Part shown: piece after piece, positions 47,060-56,300 of the stretch
Layout: the number at the start of each line of letters is the position of its first letter
Position numbering within the stretch: position 1 is the stretch's first letter
Origin: Candidatus Hermodarchaeota archaeon
GTDB lineage: Archaea > Asgardarchaeota > Hermodarchaeia > Hermodarchaeales > Hermodarchaeaceae
Direction of reading: 5' to 3'
Assembly: GCA_016839365.1 (NCBI GenBank)
Contig: JAEOUH010000044.1
Coordinates: 18,567-82,566 of the forward strand
Length of the DNA stretch: 64,000 bases
Notes under the pieces: model-generated
Database searches by the model: none
Told to the model about the DNA's origin: nothing
What the model saw: the letters and a program-made list of their open reading frames with translations, nothing else
Translations under genes and position numbers: made by a program

Positions 47060-48835
47060 TTATTTTGTAACCTTAATCTGCGCCTCATACGCGTCAATGA
47101 TTTCTCGAGTTGTGGTTGCCTCCTCAGGGGATTTGTCATAGCGCCAAGTTCCATCAAATCGTGGGAAGCGAATAGCTAATCCTTCGTTTGGTGAGATTTG
47201 ATCGAAAGCACAGGTGTGTATAGGACTTCGTGTGATTTCATCCCCCACCACTTGAAAAACTAAGGCGGGTTTAAACCACACATCGGCTTTCATTTTAGAA
47301 TCAACCAAGGCATCTTTGTGTGTGATTAGGTGGGGTTTTAGACGTTCAGGTAATTGTTCAAGTTCTTCATCACTGAACCCTGTCCCCACTTTACACACAG
47401 TCTTGAATTCTCCACTTTCTTCATCGCGGACTGCGGCTAAGAGGGCACCATACGTTTTTGCACGACGTCCCCGTCCCCAGAAGGCTCCCACAACGACGAG
47501 GTCAACTGGGCCTATTGCTTGAGCTTGATAGGATTCTTTAAGTTTGACCCAGAGCCAGCTCCGAGCTCCTGCACGGTATATCGACTCAGCGCTGGTGGAT
47601 TTGGCTATAAGCCCTTCACCTCCCTGCGCGATAGATTCTCGGAACATGGTTTCAACGCCGGAGGCGGTTGAGTGCTTTTGAGCAGGAACCAATCGAACGT
47701 ATTCGCTTTGTTTAACAATCTGTTCCAGTTGTTTTCGACGAATTAGGTATGGTTTTTGGGTAAGGTCATTTTCGTTTACGAAGAGGCAGTCAAAAAAATA
47801 AATTGCAACGGGGATCTGTTGAACCATCTCATCAATCTTGTATTTGCGTCGTCGTCGCATTAGAATTTGAAAGGGGAGTAGTTTCTGGGGATCTTCCTTA
47901 TCGACAGCAACTGCTTCTCCTTCTACAATGCATCTTTCGGTGTTCAACTGCGACTTTGTTAGGCGTACGATATCAGGATACATCTCTGTAATCTTTTCAA
48001 GGCGACGGGAGAAGATTGTGATGTTATCATGATTTTTATGGATTTGCATACGTTCTCCATCGAGTTTCCATTCACTTGCAATTTTTCCCTCTAATTTTTC
48101 AACAATTTCCTCTGGGGTCGACAGTTTTTGAGCCGCCATCATGCGAATTGGTTTCCCAACAGTGACTTTTACATTCTCCACACTTTTAAGACCTTCAAAA
48201 GCAACAAGCCCCGCAATATAACCTAAATCGCTGGTTAGGTTGTAACCTCGTTCGATTGAAGCCCGATGCTCTTTCCCACCAGCGAAGGCTAAAGCCAGTG
48301 CATCAATAACCGTCATCTCTGCAATCCCAAGCCTCAGACTGCTAGTTACGGTTCGAAGCAGATATCGCGCCTCGAGGGGAGTGGAGGCATTGATTAAGCC
48401 TGCAAGGGTGCGAATTTTGAAGTCGGCACTTCCACTTCCCTGTGCTGATGCAATTTTAACAAGGGACTCATACACCTCCTGAATCGAGAGAGGAGCTTGA
48501 AAAAGCGCAGTTTGCCGTTTCGAGGTTAACAATTGTTCACAGGCTACACCGATATCACCGGTGCTGTTTACCTTGGCCATGACCTGTGAGATATTAATCC
48601 CTAAGGCGATGGCGATTGAATTGACAGCCATCTTTTCTGCTATCCCAATTTCAGGTTTCCCGGTCCAATCGGGATAGAGTTTACCTTGGGTAAGGTATAT
48701 CACCCAGCCCATGGTTTCAGCATCTGTAGTTTGCGCTAGACGTGATAGAAGCTCCGCTAAAATGTCGGTCATTTCTAACCGTTTGGTGGTACTTTCGAGC
48801 TGATTGTAATATTGGCAAACCTCACGATACTGCAA
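47060..48835 (-). CDS. lig: ATP-dependent DNA ligase
   Basis: 591 aa. Adenylation motif I is KLDGERMQIHK. EGLIAK. C-terminal OB domain. Confidence 0.9.
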   Translation of the reverse strand: MQYREVCQYYNQLESTTKRLEMTDILAELLSRLAQTTDAETMGWVIYLTQGKLYPDWTGKPEIGIAEKMAVNSIAIALGINISQVMAKVNSTGDIGVACEQLLTSKRQTALFQAPLSIQEVYESLVKIASAQGSGSADFKIRTLAGLINASTPLEARYLLRTVTSSLRLGIAEMTVIDALALAFAGGKEHRASIERGYNLTSDLGYIAGLVAFEGLKSVENVKVTVGKPIRMMAAQKLSTPEEIVEKLEGKIASEWKLDGERMQIHKNHDNITIFSRRLEKITEMYPDIVRLTKSQLNTERCIVEGEAVAVDKEDPQKLLPFQILMRRRRKYKIDEMVQQIPVAIYFFDCLFVNENDLTQKPYLIRRKQLEQIVKQSEYVRLVPAQKHSTASGVETMFRESIAQGGEGLIAKSTSAESIYRAGARSWLWVKLKESYQAQAIGPVDLVVVGAFWGRGRRAKTYGALLAAVRDEESGEFKTVCKVGTGFSDEELEQLPERLKPHLITHKDALVDSKMKADVWFKPALVFQVVGDEITRSPIHTCAFDQISPNEGLAIRFPRFDGTWRYDKSPEEATTTREIIDAYEAQIKVTK

Positions 48836-50065
48836 TCTTACTCACCAATATCTCAACAACGTAATCAGTCAAAAAGGTACTCAAAAACGCTTGTCTGTAT
48901 CAACGGAACGCTTATGCCTGTTCGTGCTATATCTGAGAAAACGATGACTCGTTGCAGTGTTTGCTATGAGGAAACAGGCTTAGCCGAAGTTCTTCCTATC
49001 TGCGCTTCGTGTCTACGAGCAAACCCAGACGGGGTTGCAGAAATTGTTCAGAATGCTCATAAATGGCGTTCATACCTATTTGAGTTGCCAGAGATTATTC
49101 CCCGAGCCGAAAAGGGCATTCAATGCAAGGTGTGCGCAAACGAGTGCTGTATTCCACCTAATGCTATCGGCTACTGTGGTTTACGTAGTAACCAAAATGG
49201 GCAGTTAGTGCAGAAGGTCTCTGCTACTAAAGGGTTAATGCATTATTATTTGGACCCACACGTTACCAATTGTTGTGGATCGTATTTCTGTCCTGGTGGA
49301 ACCGGTGCTGGCTATCCAAAATGGGCAAAGAAGGCACAACCAGAATATGGGTATTCGAATCTTTCTGTATTTTTCTATGGTTGTAGCTTAGACTGCTTGT
49401 TTTGCCAAAATGTATCTCATAAACAAATCACCCAAGGAATGGGTGTTCATCTAGATGATTTTCTTGGTGTAATCGAACAGAATTCGAAGATATCATGTAT
49501 ATGCTATTTTGGTGGTTCACCTGAACCTCAATTACCGTTTGCTATTCGTGTTATGGAGGCCTGTAAAACGCGATTTGAGAATCGGTTACTTCGACAGTGC
49601 TTCGAAATGAATGGACAAGGGAATCCTAGGTTAGTGAAAAGAGCTGGTCAATTGGTGGAGGAGAGTGGTGGAATCATTAAGTTCGATTTAAAGGCTTATT
49701 CCAATGCCATCTATCAGGCTCTGTGTGGGGTTCCAAAGATTGCAACTTTTGAAAATTTTACGATGCTAGCTGATTCCCTTTATTTTGATAATCGAGAGTA
49801 TCCTCCACTAATGGCAACTACACTGTTAGTTCCCCATTATGTCGATGAGGTTGAAGTTACCAAAATCGCTCGCTTTCTTAAAAGCCTTAACCAACCATCT
49901 ATTGAGTATAGTCTATTGGTTTTTCATCCGCGTCATCTTATGCAGGATTTGCCCACCACACCGTTAGATCAGGCTCAGCGCTGTTACGATGCCGTCAAAC
50001 GTGAGTTGGGGAGACCGCCTCATGTTGGGAATATGTGGTTATTAAAAGGGAAACTTCAGTTGTAG
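48812..50065 (+). CDS. Radical SAM enzyme, AmmeMemoRadiSam-system type (AmrS-like). The true start is possibly near 48944.
   Basis: YGCSLDCLFCQN is a CxxxCxxC cluster in the context typical of PFL-activase-like AmrS. AMMECR1 and Memo genes lie in the same window. Confidence 0.65.
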   Translation: MANLTILQSYSPISQQRNQSKRYSKTLVCINGTLMPVRAISEKTMTRCSVCYEETGLAEVLPICASCLRANPDGVAEIVQNAHKWRSYLFELPEIIPRAEKGIQCKVCANECCIPPNAIGYCGLRSNQNGQLVQKVSATKGLMHYYLDPHVTNCCGSYFCPGGTGAGYPKWAKKAQPEYGYSNLSVFFYGCSLDCLFCQNVSHKQITQGMGVHLDDFLGVIEQNSKISCICYFGGSPEPQLPFAIRVMEACKTRFENRLLRQCFEMNGQGNPRLVKRAGQLVEESGGIIKFDLKAYSNAIYQALCGVPKIATFENFTMLADSLYFDNREYPPLMATTLLVPHYVDEVEVTKIARFLKSLNQPSIEYSLLVFHPRHLMQDLPTTPLDQAQRCYDAVKRELGRPPHVGNMWLLKGKLQL

Positions 50066-50089
50066 AGCATAAGCGGTGTCGGGACTAGA

Positions 50090-50104
50090 GAAACGCTTAT
50101 ATTG
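50090..50104 (+). promoter_or_regulatory. Candidate BRE/TATA element of the thermosome gene, with a downstream Shine-Dalgarno-like GGTGA at 50141..50145
   Basis: An AT-rich CTTATATT box lies about 50 nt upstream of ATG 50153. A GGTGA lies 8 nt upstream of the start. Confidence 0.3.
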
Positions 50105-50152
50105 AAGCGCAAAGTGCAACAACCTTACTTTTAGTCAAAGAGGTGACCCACC

Positions 50153-51778
50153 ATGTCATTGGGTGGAACCCCCATACTGTTGCTCAAAGAAGGAACAAAA
50201 CGTGAACGTGGCCACGACGCCCAACATAATAACATAATGGCGGCCGTAGCAATAGCAGAGGCGATCCGAACAGCTCTTGGTCCCAAAGGACAAGACAAGA
50301 TGCTAGTGGATAGCTTCGGAGATGTTACAATTACTAATGATGGAGCTACAATCCTTAAAGAAATCGATGTTGAACACCCTGCAGCAAAAATGATCGTAGA
50401 AGTAGCGAAAACCCAAGATGATGAAGTGGGCGATGGAACTACCTCCGCTGTCGTGCTAGCAGGCGAGTTACTTAAACAGGCTGAAATGCTCATCGACCAG
50501 AAGATCCATCCCACCGTTATTGTGGAAGGATATCGGAAAGCAACTGAGAAGGCTCTTGATAGTTTAGATTCCATTGCCGTCGATGATGATAGCGATACAA
50601 TGCTCAAGAAAGTCGCCATGACCTCCATGCAGTCAAAAGTCGTGTCTGAATTTCGGAAGTTCTTAGCAGATTTAGCTGTAACGGCCATTAAGCGCATCAC
50701 AGACACTGTGGATGGGGTCAAGCAGGCGGACATTGATAACGTTAAGGTTGAAAAGAAACAAGGTGGCACAATTAGCGATACCATGTTTATCGAAGGCATT
50801 GTCCTTGACAAAGAAATTGTCCATCCTGGAATGGCAAAGATAGTCACAAATCCCAAGATTGCACTTATTCAAAGCGCATTTGAAGTAGAAAAAACCGAGT
50901 TCACAGCTAAAATCGACATTCGTGAAGTCTCCCAGATGCAAGCTTTTCTTGACGAAGAAGAGCGAATGCTGCGCGAAATGGTGGCCAAGGTTAAGAAAAC
51001 CGGTGCGAATGTTGTCCTTTGCCAGAAAGGTATTGATGATGTGGCTCAGCACTTCATGGCCCAAGAAGGTATAGTAGCTGTTCGACGAATCAAAGAAAGT
51101 GACATGGAGAAACTAGCTCGTGCTACTGGCGGAAAACTCATTTCGAACCTTGATGACCTTACAAAGAAAGATTTAGGGACGGCCCAACTTCTCGAAGAAC
51201 GAAAGGTCGCTGAAGACAAGATGGTTTTCGTAGAAGGGTGCAAGAACCCGAAGGCTGTAAGCATTCTGCTCCGGGGAAGCACTGACCTTGTCGTCGATGA
51301 GGCAGACCGGGCTTTACACGACGCACTCTGTGTGATTCGAAACGTTGTTGAGGATGGACGAGTCGTTGCCGGTGGCGGCGCACCAGAAATTGAGGTAGCC
51401 AGAAACCTTCAAGAATACGCCGAAAGTCTTCCTGGCCGCGAACAGCTTGCTGTCATTGCCTTCGCTGAGGCTATGGAAATCATCCCGAAGACATTAGCTG
51501 AAAATGCGGGTCTCGATCCCATTGATATCATCGCTGACCTCAAGGCCCAACATGAAAAGGGTGAAGTCACTGCAGGCGTCGATGGAATCAAAGGCAAGGT
51601 AGGCGATTTGGCAAAGGCTAATGTCTGGGAGCCACTAGTAGTAAAGCGCCAAGCCGTGAAATCCGCTAGCGAGGTTGCACAAATGCTTCTTCGTATTGAT
51701 GATGTCATTGCCTCCAAGGGGATGGACGCGGGTGGTGGTCCTGGTGGCCCACCTGGCGGCGAAGACTTTGAAGACTAA
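50153..51778 (+). CDS. ths: Thermosome subunit (group II chaperonin)
   Basis: 541 aa. GPKGQDKML. ITNDGATIL. ATP-binding motif DEVGDGTTS. C-terminal GGMGG-like tail. Confidence 0.95.
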   Translation: MSLGGTPILLLKEGTKRERGHDAQHNNIMAAVAIAEAIRTALGPKGQDKMLVDSFGDVTITNDGATILKEIDVEHPAAKMIVEVAKTQDDEVGDGTTSAVVLAGELLKQAEMLIDQKIHPTVIVEGYRKATEKALDSLDSIAVDDDSDTMLKKVAMTSMQSKVVSEFRKFLADLAVTAIKRITDTVDGVKQADIDNVKVEKKQGGTISDTMFIEGIVLDKEIVHPGMAKIVTNPKIALIQSAFEVEKTEFTAKIDIREVSQMQAFLDEEERMLREMVAKVKKTGANVVLCQKGIDDVAQHFMAQEGIVAVRRIKESDMEKLARATGGKLISNLDDLTKKDLGTAQLLEERKVAEDKMVFVEGCKNPKAVSILLRGSTDLVVDEADRALHDALCVIRNVVEDGRVVAGGGAPEIEVARNLQEYAESLPGREQLAVIAFAEAMEIIPKTLAENAGLDPIDIIADLKAQHEKGEVTAGVDGIKGKVGDLAKANVWEPLVVKRQAVKSASEVAQMLLRIDDVIASKGMDAGGGPGGPPGGEDFED

Positions 51779-51804
51779 AATCAGCACAAAACGAGGCGGA
51801 TAAT

Positions 51805-52053
51805 GTGTCAAAAAAAGGACCTGAAATCGGTCCTAAACGAATGACCCGATACGAAAAATCCCGAGTAGTGGGAGCACGTGCCCTCCAAATATCCATGGGG
51901 GCGCCTATTCTGACTCGAATTTCTTCCGATCTCCACGATCCGATTCGAATTGCGGAGTTGGAATTAGAAAAAAGAGTTCTTCCCATTACAATCAGACGGA
52001 AATTACCTTCCGGGGCGTTCGAAGATGTTGCACTAGTTGACCTTGTCGACTAA
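51805..52053 (+). CDS. rpoK: DNA-directed RNA polymerase subunit K (Rpo6/omega)
   Basis: 82 aa. TRYEKSRVVGARALQISMGAP is the RPB6 motif. Confidence 0.8.
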   Translation: MSKKGPEIGPKRMTRYEKSRVVGARALQISMGAPILTRISSDLHDPIRIAELELEKRVLPITIRRKLPSGAFEDVALVDLVD

Positions 52054-52208
52054 CCCACTCCGCCCTCCTTTTCCTTTTTTTCCATACGAGGTAGTTAATC
52101 TAAGACCACCAAACGACTAAGAAGTGAGCTTTTATTTGAAATCATCGAAACGCTTTTGCTGCCTAAAAACAGGAGTTCTGCTATTCGCCATTGAATGGAT
52201 TCTCTTAG

Positions 52209-53804
52209 GTGTTGCAAATGAAACGGTTCCTAACCTTTGATGAACTCAAATCGCTAAGTTATGAAGAAATCGAAAGTATGCAGAATCGAAAATTCCGCGC
52301 GTTTATCCGATATCAGATTTATCCTAATCATCCATTTTATCGTCGCTTATTCAAAGAGCATGGAGTAGATCCTTTCGCTCTTAAGACACCAACCGATTGG
52401 GCGAAGTATGAACTGCCACTCGTAAAGAAAGCAGATTACAAAGGTAACCTCAGAGAATTTGTATTAAATCCTCAGCAGGTTGATGGACAAAACCGAGACC
52501 AAGCAGAAGCCATCCGTAATATTTTAGACTACTATAAAGAAGTCGGCTACAAAGATGAACACAAGTTCGTGTTTCGCCGAGGACTTCGAGTCAAACTCGG
52601 AATTGGTAAAGAAAAAGCCACCCAAGAACTTCTCGACCATGTGAAGTATCAATATTCACCACGATTCTTTTGGTTCTCCTCAGGTCGTGCCTCAGGACTT
52701 CCCTCGCCAGTCTTTCTTACACATTATGATAATGAGCTGATGTTGAATAATATGGCAAAATCTGGGAAAATGGCCATTGATCCCTTCGTTAAAGACGGCT
52801 TTGAACTCCGTGCCATGAACCTGTTTCCTTCTGCCCCCCACTTAGGTTTCTTTGGTGTTGATGGGGGATTATTGCAAATGGCTGATTTTGTGGTTCGCTC
52901 GACTGCTGGAGGGGCGATTTCCACAGATAAACTCGTCCAGCTCGCCGAATTGTTTAAGGTAACTGGATTTGCAGCCATGCCAGGTTATTTACGAAATATT
53001 TTCTGCCGAGAACTCGTTAACCAGAAGCCCAAACTAGAAAAACGAGGCATTATACTACTGGCAGGTGAACGCATCTATGATGCCGTGATTGACGACATCA
53101 AAGAATATTTCGCGGAAGTAGGAATGACTGATACTCGGGTAATTGGAGGTTGGGCTGCAAGCGAAACAAAGATTGGTGTCGCATGCCAATGCCAAGAGAA
53201 AGGCGGATATCATAACCTATCACCTTTAGCCTTTGCCGTTCGATTTGTCAAGTTTACCGACGATGCAGGTGGGTATGAGTTTACCAGCCCAGAGGAAGGA
53301 GGTTACATAACCATCTTTCATGTGGATGGACGTTCTTCCATGTTTGAAGGATATTTGATGGGGGACCATGTTGACAAGGTGACCACCGGTAAATGCCCCC
53401 ATTGTGGCCTCGATATGCCCTGTTTCTTCAATATTTCAAGGGAATCTGAAATAGGTGCTCAAATGCAGGTGATGGGAATCGCTGAAGAGAAAATCAAAGG
53501 GGCGACAGTGAACCTCACGGCTTTACGCGAATCGTTACTAGCAATGAATGAGGTTCATGAAGCACAAATCATTGTAAGTAAATCCAAGCCAAATGATCCC
53601 TATTCCATGGATGTCCTTTCACTAAACATTGTGTTGAAATCTGGAGCCAACAGAACGCAAGCACAGAGAACAATCCAAAAAATAACAAAAACTGAAACGG
53701 AAATCACACCTGAAATTCATTTCATGGATTTAGACACGCTTTTAGAGCAAGCAGGCGGCTTGAAGTTTCAAGAAATCGTAGATTCGCGTGTGAAACCCGC
53801 CTAG
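52209..53804 (+). CDS. Adenylate-forming enzyme, phenylacetate-CoA ligase / coenzyme F390 synthetase family
   Basis: 531 aa. The N-terminus (FYRRLFKEHGVDPFALKTPTDWAKYELPLVKKADY) parallels PaaK. AMP-binding motif FSSGRASGLPSPV. Confidence 0.65.
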   Translation: MLQMKRFLTFDELKSLSYEEIESMQNRKFRAFIRYQIYPNHPFYRRLFKEHGVDPFALKTPTDWAKYELPLVKKADYKGNLREFVLNPQQVDGQNRDQAEAIRNILDYYKEVGYKDEHKFVFRRGLRVKLGIGKEKATQELLDHVKYQYSPRFFWFSSGRASGLPSPVFLTHYDNELMLNNMAKSGKMAIDPFVKDGFELRAMNLFPSAPHLGFFGVDGGLLQMADFVVRSTAGGAISTDKLVQLAELFKVTGFAAMPGYLRNIFCRELVNQKPKLEKRGIILLAGERIYDAVIDDIKEYFAEVGMTDTRVIGGWAASETKIGVACQCQEKGGYHNLSPLAFAVRFVKFTDDAGGYEFTSPEEGGYITIFHVDGRSSMFEGYLMGDHVDKVTTGKCPHCGLDMPCFFNISRESEIGAQMQVMGIAEEKIKGATVNLTALRESLLAMNEVHEAQIIVSKSKPNDPYSMDVLSLNIVLKSGANRTQAQRTIQKITKTETEITPEIHFMDLDTLLEQAGGLKFQEIVDSRVKPA

Positions 53805-53821
53805 CCTGTGATAAGGCAAAA

Positions 53822-53921
53822 TGGAGCCTCGGGCGGGGATTGAACCCGCGACCAGCAGCTTTCTCGACAACATTTAGGTGTCGTCTACGAGGCTGTCGCT
53901 CTACCACTGAGCTACCGAGGC
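53822..53921 (-). tRNA. tRNA-Thr (anticodon CGU) with a 25-nt intron at the canonical 37/38 position. CCA is encoded.
   Basis: The reverse complement gives GCCTCGG-TA-GCTC-AGTGGTA-GAGC-G-ACAGC-CTCGTA[intron 53861..53885]A-GCTGC-TGGTC-GCGGG-TTCAATC-CCCGC-CCGAGGC-T-CCA. The anticodon is at 53887..53889. Confidence 0.7.
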
Positions 53922-53983
53922 ATTGAACATGGTTTGAATGGGGGCACCCAAAAAGATTTCGACACTGCTGTAAATAATAGGTA

Positions 53984-55000
53984 TTGAAGGGATTATTCAT
54001 GTCAAAAAAGGGCAACACGCTTCGAGATATTGGAGAACGAGGATTGATTCGTTGGTTTCAGGATTTAATCACGCCATATGATAAAGCCCTACTTTCCGGC
54101 TTAGAAGATGCCGTCGCTGTTCCTTTTAATGAAGAGGCTCTTGTTGTGAATAGTGATATGCTGGTTGAATCAACAGATGTTTTACCGGGTATGACGGCCA
54201 GCGAAATCGCGTGGAAGGCGGGAGTAATGGGATTAAGTGATTTAGCCGCAAAAGGCGCGACCCCATTAGGGGTAATAATCTCGTTGGGTCTCCCCGCAGA
54301 GACTGAAGCTAATTTTGCAGCGGCTCTTGTTGGAGGATTAAATTGTGTATGTCGTGAACATGAAACCTATTATCTTGGAGGAGATACAAACCAGTGTTTA
54401 GAACTTGTAATTGATTGTACTGCGATTGGTAGAGTTCCACAGAATCAGCTTATGCGAAGAAAGGGCGCGAAACCAGGAGATTTGATTGCTACCACGGGTG
54501 AATTCGGGTACACAGGGGCTTTATTCGAGGCTTTATTACGAGGAAATTCAGAGCCTGCAGAGCTTGTTGACCAGATTCGGGAAAAAGCTCTTCGCCCTCG
54601 AGCACGAATTAAGGAAGGAAAGGCTCTGGCAGAAACCGGTGTTATTTCGTCTTCTATCGATAGTAGCGATGGGCTTGCATGGGCATTGCACGAGATAGCC
54701 GCTGCCAGCCGAGTTGGATTCCAGCTAGATAGCTTACCCATTCCACAAATGTGCGCAGAATTTGCAGTGGCGAATGACTTGGATGCTGTTGATTTTGTAT
54801 TATATGGTGGCGAAGAATTCGAACTCGTTGTTACTTTGCCCCCTAGATATTGGAAAAAGGCATCTAAAAGCGTACAACAGGTCGGTGGATCACTTACTCG
54901 AATTGGTAAAATTGTTGAAGAGCCTGAGAAGAGCTTACGCTTTGGCAGAGAAGAAAGGACTGTTGAAATTAAAGGGTATGAGCATTTTAAAAAGAGTTGA
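53984..55000 (+). CDS. thiL: Thiamine-monophosphate kinase
   Basis: 338 aa. PurM-like fold. AWKAGVMGLSDLAAKGATP. LGGDTN. GAKPGD. Confidence 0.75.
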   Translation: MKGLFMSKKGNTLRDIGERGLIRWFQDLITPYDKALLSGLEDAVAVPFNEEALVVNSDMLVESTDVLPGMTASEIAWKAGVMGLSDLAAKGATPLGVIISLGLPAETEANFAAALVGGLNCVCREHETYYLGGDTNQCLELVIDCTAIGRVPQNQLMRRKGAKPGDLIATTGEFGYTGALFEALLRGNSEPAELVDQIREKALRPRARIKEGKALAETGVISSSIDSSDGLAWALHEIAAASRVGFQLDSLPIPQMCAEFAVANDLDAVDFVLYGGEEFELVVTLPPRYWKKASKSVQQVGGSLTRIGKIVEEPEKSLRFGREERTVEIKGYEHFKKS

Positions 55001-55002
55001 AA

Positions 55003-55103
55003 TGGCGGGCTCGGGGGGATTTTCGGGTACATGTAAGAATCCTTTCGAACCCCCGACAATCGGGTTAAGAGCCCGACGCTCTGCCTGGCTAAGCTACGAG
55101 CCC
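55003..55103 (-). tRNA. tRNA-Lys (anticodon CUU) with a 24-nt insertion inside the T-loop. CCA is encoded.
   Basis: The reverse complement gives GGGCTCG-TA-GCTT-AGCCAGGCA-GAGC-G-TCGGG-CTCTTAA-CCCGA-TTGTC-GGGGG-TTCGA[insert 55021..55044]AT-CCCCC-CGAGCCC-G-CCA. The anticodon is at 55067..55069. The insert is flanked by a CGAAA repeat. Confidence 0.65.
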
Positions 55104-55198
55104 GTGGGTTGGCTGTTTTTCTTCTACTATTTTAAAACTTTCTGAAAAAGTGACGAGCCCCAATATTTTATAATTCGAAGTATACAAAGACGAACAGG

Positions 55199-55648
55199 AT
55201 GACGAAACAGCAGATTGTTATTGCGGGTACTTTTGACATTCTTCACCCAGGTCATATTTTTCTTATTACAGAAGCAGCAAAGCTTGGTGAAGTTACGGTC
55301 GTTATTGCCCGTGATGAAAATGTCGTCCATACCAAAGGGCATCCGGTCATTGTCCCTGAACGGCAACGTCTTTTCATGGTTCAAGCATTGAAAGGTGTCT
55401 CTAAGGCTGTTTTAGGAAACCTTGGTTCAGATTTTGTCAAAATCATTGAGGAGTTGAACCCCGATATTCTCATGCTTGGTCCGAATCAGGACATATCCAT
55501 GGAACAGGTGCAAAATCGGCTAAGAGAGAAAGGCTTGTCAACCCGTGTAATTCGATTAGAGGCGCTATTTGATGAATTCCCACTGAATAGCACGACTCGG
55601 ATTATTGAGAAGGCATTTTCAAATCAGAAAGATCGAATTTCACAGTGA
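55199..55648 (+). CDS. ribL: FAD synthase RibL-type nucleotidyltransferase (FMN adenylyltransferase)
   Basis: 149 aa. AGTFDILHPGH. VIARDE. VPERQR. LGPNQ. These parallel the archaeal RibL family, though archaeal PPAT is similar. Confidence 0.55.
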   Translation: MTKQQIVIAGTFDILHPGHIFLITEAAKLGEVTVVIARDENVVHTKGHPVIVPERQRLFMVQALKGVSKAVLGNLGSDFVKIIEELNPDILMLGPNQDISMEQVQNRLREKGLSTRVIRLEALFDEFPLNSTTRIIEKAFSNQKDRISQ

Positions 55649-56300
55649 TGATATCCTCATCATCGACATTGAGTTTTTCACGAAGATCTATGGGGGCGAT
55701 GATTTCAACAACATTTGGATGATGATGGGTGCGCTCAATCAACAAAATGGCGGCCTTCTGTTCACCATTTACCGTTGCAGGGTAACAGGTGACGGGTCCA
55801 AAGCTTCGACCTTCATTTGTAAAGCCTTGAATATGTATTCCAATAGTAGCTTTAAGTAATCGAAATTCGTTTACATCTGCTTCGGAGAGTAATTGGATGT
55901 TAAGGGTTCCCGGAAAAGGATTGTAGCCAAGAACCTTTCGAAACTGTTTTCGGTAACCTTCCAAACGGACATAATAGGCGCCCTCCCCTAACCCAGTAAA
56001 GACCCGCCCGCGGAAGCTCCTAAACCGTTTCTTGGTCATAACCATTTCGAGAATAGATCGGACTTTGGTTAACTCCACAATTCCCTTTTCTTCTATGCGG
56101 ATTAATTGCCCCCGCTTATTGAGAACCCGGCTAACCAATCCCATTCTTTCAAGAGTAGATAATCTTCGCGAAGCTGTTTGTTGACTAATCTTCATGAGCT
56201 CAGCTAGGCGCGAAGTTGACGTACGGATGTTTGTGGTGACAGCACCGAGTTGTGCCAGTGTTAATAGAGTAAACCAGAGTTGTTCCTTCAAGAGAATCAT
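55602..56300 (-). CDS. ribK: CTP-dependent riboflavin kinase fused to an N-terminal HTH domain
   Basis: 232 aa. N-terminal wHTH ISQQTASRRLSTLERMGLV. The C-terminal GRVFTGLGEGAYYV...FPGTLNIQL matches archaeal RibK. Confidence 0.75.
   Translation of the reverse strand: MILLKEQLWFTLLTLAQLGAVTTNIRTSTSRLAELMKISQQTASRRLSTLERMGLVSRVLNKRGQLIRIEEKGIVELTKVRSILEMVMTKKRFRSFRGRVFTGLGEGAYYVRLEGYRKQFRKVLGYNPFPGTLNIQLLSEADVNEFRLLKATIGIHIQGFTNEGRSFGPVTCYPATVNGEQKAAILLIERTHHHPNVVEIIAPIDLREKLNVDDEDIITVKFDLSDLKMPSQ

Noticed and set aside
54445-55145. Antisense and overlapping ORFs across the thiL 3' end and the tRNA-Lys locus
   Set aside because: They are embedded in the strongly supported thiL gene and the tRNA. 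Their composition is typical of out-of-frame read-through.
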